DNA of 64,000 bases, taken from the NCBI GenBank assembly GCA_965204375.1, contig OZ241986.1, positions 4,448,001 through 4,512,000 of the forward strand, given 5' to 3'. Positions 58,928 through 64,000 of this stretch are shown here, one piece after another. Within the stretch, counting starts at the first letter, position 1; the number at the start of each line of letters is the position of its first letter. The DNA comes from Candidatus Latescibacterota bacterium. Its GTDB lineage: Bacteria > Latescibacterota > UBA2968. A program made the translations under genes and the position numbers. The notes under the pieces were generated by a model. That model saw nothing but the letters and a program-made list of their open reading frames with translations, ran no database searches and was not told the origin of the DNA.

Positions 58928-61336
58928 TCACCTCGCCGCCTCGGGCAACGTATCCCTCACCCTCTGAACACCTGATGGTTCAACGAGCACCGAGGCATTG
59001 GACGCGCAGTGCCGTTCTCCGCCTACCGCAAGGACATCCACACCAAGGGCAACATCCTTGTCCCCATGGCGAATCTCAAGCGCGGGACCTCGACCGGGAT
59101 TTAACTCTCCCCGAATAATCCAGTCACCAATAGAAACACAATCATCTCTCTGAACAGGATCTCGAAACCGCGTTTCATCTTCCCGATCACGCACCTGAAA
59201 AACAGCGAGAAAACGCATAATACGACACACCCTCTCAGGCGAAACCGCGACGTGCCATTGATCGGGAAAAATCGCCATATTTTGTCCTAAAAAAGTCTTA
59301 TTACCTCCCCAGTTGACAGCGGGTGGATCAAAAACCGTATCGATATCAATATGCAATTTTTGCGACCCAAAAATATTCACCTGACTGCGCGCAGTACGAG
59401 TCTGAGTATGCAACCGCTGATGGCGAACATCAGCAATAATTTCCCGATCCCCGTGGACGAGCCATTGCCAGCGGGCGTCGTGGTCGGCTTCCAGATCATC
59501 GTAAACCACCAGAATATTGGGCCTCAAAAGTACCAGATGCCGGCAAAAACGCCTGAGACCCGCATCCCCATACGCATTGGACGCATCCCCGAGCGCGTAA
59601 GCGATGTATTTTCCATCGAGGAAACGGGAAATTATACCATAGCTCTCAGCACCTCGGGGCTGGCCCTTGCCATCTATGAGAACCGAATTGTGTCCGCGCG
59701 TGGCCCTGTACCATTGCTTTGAATGATCGTCACCCGCAGACGTGTAATAGCCCGAATTCCTGAAAAGAGGCTCCCCCCCATAAAAAATATTGAACCCATT
59801 CTGACACTCGTGAGAATGGAGAAGCGAGCCATAGGGACTGGACCGCATGCCCACCATGAGATCTCGTTGGGTATTTGCGAGATCCGTATGCAGTGACACA
59901 ATACCAACATCGGCAAAACACCTGCCCTGCGGCAATGTCCTGGGCGAACGCGGGCACAGTCTTACCTTTTGATCTTTGAGCTTGTGCCAGACGAGCAACG
60001 GATTGCGCTCCTCTTCTACCTCTTCCCTCCACTGCTGCACATACCACGCGGCATAAGGATCGTCAAACCGGACAGCCATATCCTCGACAAAATCGAGATG
60101 ATTACCCGTCGGACGCGCCTTCAGTTCCGTACCATCGCCAAAGCCGTCCGAACGCGAATGGGGCGGCCATGTATAAAGCAAAAAACTGGCACTATTTTTA
60201 TACCATGCATCCTGAAAAAGATCCACACCGCTAAGCTGTCCAATACGCGACGGGAGAACCAGCAGCGTTTCGACATTCGTGCCAAAATAAGAATTGCCAT
60301 TTGCCCAGCCCCCATCTGCACCTCCCATAAGGGGAAAGCGGGCAATCCACAGCTCGTACACAAAGCGCACCCACTGTGCCGCATCGGGATACGCGTGCAA
60401 AATTGCAAAAGCGACTTCGGAAAACTCGATAAGCAAATGTTGCCAAAAATGGCTGCGAAAAACCAGCGTCTCGATCTTATTCGTCTCCTCCCGAAAAAAC
60501 CGCTCTGCCCGCACAACCATTGCCGCGCGAAGGCACGTGCGCTGGGATTCCGTAAGCAAGTCAAAACAAGAATCGTAAACACCCGCCATAACGCGCATAC
60601 AAGACCCATCGGCAAAATCGCTAATAACGGGATTGGTGTACCCATCCGCATCCCAATTCGCAACGTGAAGCCCCCGGCGTATCGCCTCCCGAGCATAGCA
60701 TTCATCACCCGAAAGCAAATAAGCCGGAATAAGCCATTGCACAGCCGAAGCCATACCACCCGCAAGCGCTTTGCTACCCCACCTGTGAAATTTGAAAACC
60801 TGATACTCGTCCTCCCCTTTATCCGGCGGCATCGCATCATCCTTGAGCGGCGCATTGAGAAACTGATCCGCACGCGACGTAAACCGCTTGCTATGGCCTT
60901 TGAGATCCGCACCCCCATCTGGCAACACCCAGAGACGCGGATGCGTCTTCGGACAAGCCGCAATCACATCTATTGCCGGCGGAGTCTCCATGCACCGAAC
61001 CGAATCAGCAATCTCAAAATCATACCTATCAGACCAGCAATAGGGACCACCATCTATTGACGTACCGTATTGCCAATACCAGATTCCAGACGCGAGTATT
61101 TGATGCGGATTGAACATCGCCCAGGGAAAACCCTCTTCCGCGACAGTACCGCACTCTGGAAAACCGGAATCTTGAGACAAACGAACCGCATATCGCACAT
61201 CCTCACCCCTCTCAGCGGGCCAGAGCAGTGGTGGGGGATTGCGGTCAACGCGCTTATTATCAATCGGAAATGGCGCAATGCGCGGTTGGGCGTGAATGAC
61301 TCTCATAACAATGGACTCGCAGCTTTTGGTGATCAC
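58928..61336 (-). CDS. DUF4962 + heparinase II/III-like polysaccharide lyase
   Basis: NPPPLLWP, HPRLW, DGGWANGNSYF, SSPYGS..HSH..QNGF, HNSVLIDGKGQ. Confidence 0.88.
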   Translation of the reverse strand: MITKSCESIVMRVIHAQPRIAPFPIDNKRVDRNPPPLLWPAERGEDVRYAVRLSQDSGFPECGTVAEEGFPWAMFNPHQILASGIWYWQYGTSIDGGPYCWSDRYDFEIADSVRCMETPPAIDVIAACPKTHPRLWVLPDGGADLKGHSKRFTSRADQFLNAPLKDDAMPPDKGEDEYQVFKFHRWGSKALAGGMASAVQWLIPAYLLSGDECYAREAIRRGLHVANWDADGYTNPVISDFADGSCMRVMAGVYDSCFDLLTESQRTCLRAAMVVRAERFFREETNKIETLVFRSHFWQHLLIEFSEVAFAILHAYPDAAQWVRFVYELWIARFPLMGGADGGWANGNSYFGTNVETLLVLPSRIGQLSGVDLFQDAWYKNSASFLLYTWPPHSRSDGFGDGTELKARPTGNHLDFVEDMAVRFDDPYAAWYVQQWREEVEEERNPLLVWHKLKDQKVRLCPRSPRTLPQGRCFADVGIVSLHTDLANTQRDLMVGMRSSPYGSLLHSHECQNGFNIFYGGEPLFRNSGYYTSAGDDHSKQWYRATRGHNSVLIDGKGQPRGAESYGIISRFLDGKYIAYALGDASNAYGDAGLRRFCRHLVLLRPNILVVYDDLEADHDARWQWLVHGDREIIADVRHQRLHTQTRTARSQVNIFGSQKLHIDIDTVFDPPAVNWGGNKTFLGQNMAIFPDQWHVAVSPERVCRIMRFLAVFQVRDREDETRFRDPVQRDDCVSIGDWIIRGELNPGRGPALEIRHGDKDVALGVDVLAVGGERHCASNASVLVEPSGVQRVRDTLPEAAR

Positions 61337-61400
61337 TCAAGTAGCACTGTCATAATAATCGGCACACAGACGTAATACAAGGAGGAAATAAAGTCCCACA

Positions 61401-61429
61401 TTGACCGGCTATAGTGATTGTGGTATATT
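61401..61429 (+). promoter_or_regulatory. Sigma70-type promoter
   Basis: TTGACC-N17-TATATT with extended -10 TG. Confidence 0.65.
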
Positions 61430-61464
61430 TTTTTTACATTACACACAAAATAAAGGGATAAGAC

Positions 61465-61758
61465 ATGGCCCAGATGATACAGTTGCAGAACAGCGATGAA
61501 ACATTACGCCGGATGGTCGAAACGTGTCGGAACCAAAATGAAGAATGCGTAATTCAGGATAATCAGAATCGTCCTGTAGCAGTTATGATGCCCATTGAAC
61601 GCTATGAATCCTATCAGGCTTATCTGAAGCAGAAGGAGAAAAATTTTGTGATTCTTGATAAAGTAGCTGAAGATTTAAAAAATTATGAACCTGATTTTAT
61701 AGAGAATCAGATCGAAAAAGCAATGCAGGAAGTAAAAGCTGAGGCTAAAGAACAATAA
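61465..61758 (+). CDS. Phd/YefM-like antitoxin (orphan)
   Basis: ECVIQ..NRPVAVMMPIERYE motif; followed directly by a terminator. Confidence 0.7.
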   Translation: MAQMIQLQNSDETLRRMVETCRNQNEECVIQDNQNRPVAVMMPIERYESYQAYLKQKEKNFVILDKVAEDLKNYEPDFIENQIEKAMQEVKAEAKEQ

Positions 61759-61774
61759 AACGAGAGAGAATAGC

Positions 61775-61815
61775 AAAAGCCGATGTCGTTTAGATAGACA
61801 TCGGCTTTTTTATTT
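61775..61815. terminator. Bidirectional intrinsic terminator
   Basis: AAAAGCCGATGTC-N9-GACATCGGCTTTTTT. Confidence 0.85.
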
Positions 61816-61826
61816 TTAGGCATCAC

Positions 61827-62270
61827 TTATTCTTCTGCTTCGGTGGATTCACGCATCTCTATTTGTGTCAAAAAATCATCAACCGTTATAATTTCAATTC
61901 CTCGAAATGGATGTAAAGCCAGCAAGTCATTGTCACCACTAATGATATAATGCGCCTTACCACTCACCGCCAGTTCGAAAAATTTGTCGTCTTTAGGATC
62001 GCGGCACACCTGAATCCGTTCTGTTGATGTGATGAATTTTGCACGCTCGACGAAGGAGTCGAGAAATTCCTCCCGTTCTTTTTCCGAAACGTAGCGTTCA
62101 AATTTCTCGCGGCTTAAAACGTCATTCAATTCTTCCAAAACTTGAAGGGACAACAAAACTTGACCGGTATCAAGTGCCCGTCGAAATGCTCGACCAGGTC
62201 TTGAATGTTCGAATATGAGTGCGCTGATCAATACATTGGTATCGAAGACGTATCGTTTGGGATCATTCAT
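61827..62270 (-). CDS. PIN-domain (VapC-like) toxin
   Basis: VFDTNVLISAL, CRDPKDDKFFELA, IISGDNDLL. Confidence 0.93.
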   Translation of the reverse strand: MNDPKRYVFDTNVLISALIFEHSRPGRAFRRALDTGQVLLSLQVLEELNDVLSREKFERYVSEKEREEFLDSFVERAKFITSTERIQVCRDPKDDKFFELAVSGKAHYIISGDNDLLALHPFRGIEIITVDDFLTQIEMRESTEAEE

Positions 62271-62487
62271 TGAGAATGGAATCTAAAATATCTGGTGTCA
62301 TTCCCCGCTGTTGTGCTTTGCGACTGATGTCACTCATAATTTCTTCAAGAGATCGTTTCCCTCGGTTAACTTCGCTGAGTTTGAGACTGAGCAGTGCATC
62401 CAGCTTGCGCTGTTGTTCGTTGGGGGCTGATTCATAAGTCTGAGCCGCTTCTGGGCTTACGCGAATCCGGATGGTTTGTGTTTCCAT
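62263..62487 (-). CDS. Antitoxin partner of the PIN toxin
   Basis: AGGAG RBS; AQQRGMTPDILDSIL tail; overlaps the PIN start. Confidence 0.8.
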   Translation of the reverse strand: METQTIRIRVSPEAAQTYESAPNEQQRKLDALLSLKLSEVNRGKRSLEEIMSDISRKAQQRGMTPDILDSILNE

Positions 62488-62556
62488 ATCTACTCCTTTG
62501 TCGTTCAGAGCTTTTATATTTTTGGGCATCGCTCAAATCTTACTGCGTCTGGCACA

Positions 62557-62811
62557 TTACATCCTTTCACGCTGTCGGCGGAGCATAAGGCTAATCATTA
62601 CAAGTGTATCCGAAGAACTGACTTCGAAAGTACCGTGTTTTACAGGGTGAACTTCAACTGAAAACTCTGGACGATTGACCAGTGTCTCTATCAGATCTTT
62701 GACCATAACATATGCTTCTTTTTTCGTATATCCCTGAGTCATAGCGTCGAGCATTGGGATTTCCGCAAGCCAAAATTTTCCATCCTTATAAACTTTACCT
62801 TGAAACCGCAT
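62557..62811 (-). pseudogene. HicB-like antitoxin, apparently truncated at the start of its HTH
   Basis: WLAEIPMLDAMTQG.TKKEA HicB fold; ends LMLRRQRERM*; no hicA upstream. Confidence 0.6.
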
Positions 62812-62825
62812 GTCAATTTCTCCTT

Positions 62826-64000
62826 TTAAAACCGCAACGTAAAAACAGTTTCTTCTTCAGGCTTAGACTGAACACTTATCGTACCGCGATGAACGCGCAT
62901 AATCTGGCGGGAAAGTGCGAGACCAATACCCGAACCATCGCGTTTGGTCGTAAAAAAGGGAATAAAAATCCGCTCCTGCACATCCTCTAAAATACCTGGC
63001 CCATTATCCTGCACGCGGATGACAACCCGGCCTCGCCCATCGAGTTGCGCTGAAAGATCCACGCGGGCATTGGAACGACCTGCAAGAGCTTCCACAGCAT
63101 TCCGCATCAAATTGATCAACACCTGCTCGATGAAATCGGGATCGGCAGTAAGCTCGAGCGTCCTGGGATCAATTGCCGTATGAAGAGCAATATTATTCTT
63201 ATCGCACTCACCCTGCATCAGAAAAACAACGCGGGCAAAAAGTTCGGAAATCTGAAAAATTTGAAAATCCGGACGCGATATATTCGTAAGTTGGCGATAC
63301 GCCTCGACAAAATGGAGAAGCCCTTCGCTGCGCGACTGAATCGTTTCCAGAGCAGTGTGAACATCGGGCAGCGTATCGGGATCAAGCGATGACGCGCGCT
63401 CAGAATCGGGCAAAAGACCGCGCACTGTGGAAGCCAGAGAAGAAATCGGCGTGATCGAATTCATGATCTCATGGGTCAACACCCGAATCAGCTTTTGCCA
63501 CGCCTCCATCTCCTGTTCTTCGAGTTCGCTCTGGATATTTTGAACAGACGCCAGAATAAAAGACTCGCCCCGCATCCGCAGTTCGGTCGCATAGACGATA
63601 ATCTGGAGCAATTCGTCCTCATCCTGAATTTTGACCAGCGTCTTATCGCCCGAGCGAAGTTTGAGCAGTGCCTCTGAAAACGCCTTACTAACCGTCTCCA
63701 ACTCGCGCACATCGCGCATATAGGGTTTGCGAAGCAAACGCTGCGCCGCCGTATTCATCAGCTCAATACGACCTTCGGGCGTATAGCAAATCAGACCAAT
63801 GCCCACATGCTGGACAACGGTCTGGAGATACTGAAAATTCTCTTCTCTCTCTGCGCGCGTCTTGCGAAAAGCCTCGAGCACCTCGTTAAACGCATCCTTG
63901 AGATTGTTGTACGCCGACCCCAACCCGGCACCCGTAAAAGACTGGGAAAAATCCTCATAGCGAATCGCCTGCAAAAACCGCGTGAGATCGCGCTGCGTGC
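62826..64000 (-). CDS. NtrY-like PAS sensor histidine kinase (5' end outside window)
   Basis: EAWQKLIRVLTHEIMNSITPI, QVLINLMRNA, DNGPGI, FIPFFTTK..GSGIGL. Confidence 0.93.
   Translation of the reverse strand, partial: TQRDLTRFLQAIRYEDFSQSFTGAGLGSAYNNLKDAFNEVLEAFRKTRAEREENFQYLQTVVQHVGIGLICYTPEGRIELMNTAAQRLLRKPYMRDVRELETVSKAFSEALLKLRSGDKTLVKIQDEDELLQIIVYATELRMRGESFILASVQNIQSELEEQEMEAWQKLIRVLTHEIMNSITPISSLASTVRGLLPDSERASSLDPDTLPDVHTALETIQSRSEGLLHFVEAYRQLTNISRPDFQIFQISELFARVVFLMQGECDKNNIALHTAIDPRTLELTADPDFIEQVLINLMRNAVEALAGRSNARVDLSAQLDGRGRVVIRVQDNGPGILEDVQERIFIPFFTTKRDGSGIGLALSRQIMRVHRGTISVQSKPEEETVFTLRF

Overview
Bacterial chromosomal window, about 50% GC by eye with AT-rich islands, from a diderm organism. 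The dockerin/EF-hand-like C-terminal repeat, FCB-type short SigA, MLKNY-type ABC permease, DUF2723 protein, lone BMC shell gene and sulfatase/heparinase genes suggest Latescibacterota or a related FCB-group lineage (inference). Housekeeping or metabolic genes include wecB, a UDP-sugar dehydrogenase, a FixL-like kinase with a sigma54 regulator, nadE, a PpiD-like isomerase, an M23 peptidase, a rhomboid, sigA, solA, lon, coaD and a sulfatase-PhoD-heparinase operon. The most striking structure is a ~120-bp non-coding module (intrinsic terminator, palindromic core, TTGACA-N17-TATATT promoter). It occurs four times at 21.2-24.9 kb, each time heading a different toxin-antitoxin or restriction-modification cassette. 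A fifth copy appears split (5.3 kb and 9.65 kb) around a 4-kb island bounded by inverted repeats. Several cassettes keep the antidote gene while the toxic partner is truncated. Other observations: a 3.2-kb element lacking its own transposase, with 25-bp TIRs, an 8-bp TSD and a nested IS256; a REP-bounded candidate defence island; a 29-unit heptamer repeat filling a 5' UTR; and in-frame palindromic insertions in an ISL3 pseudogene. No rRNA, tRNA or CRISPR array was recognised. All family calls come from motif recognition by eye; no database searches were run.
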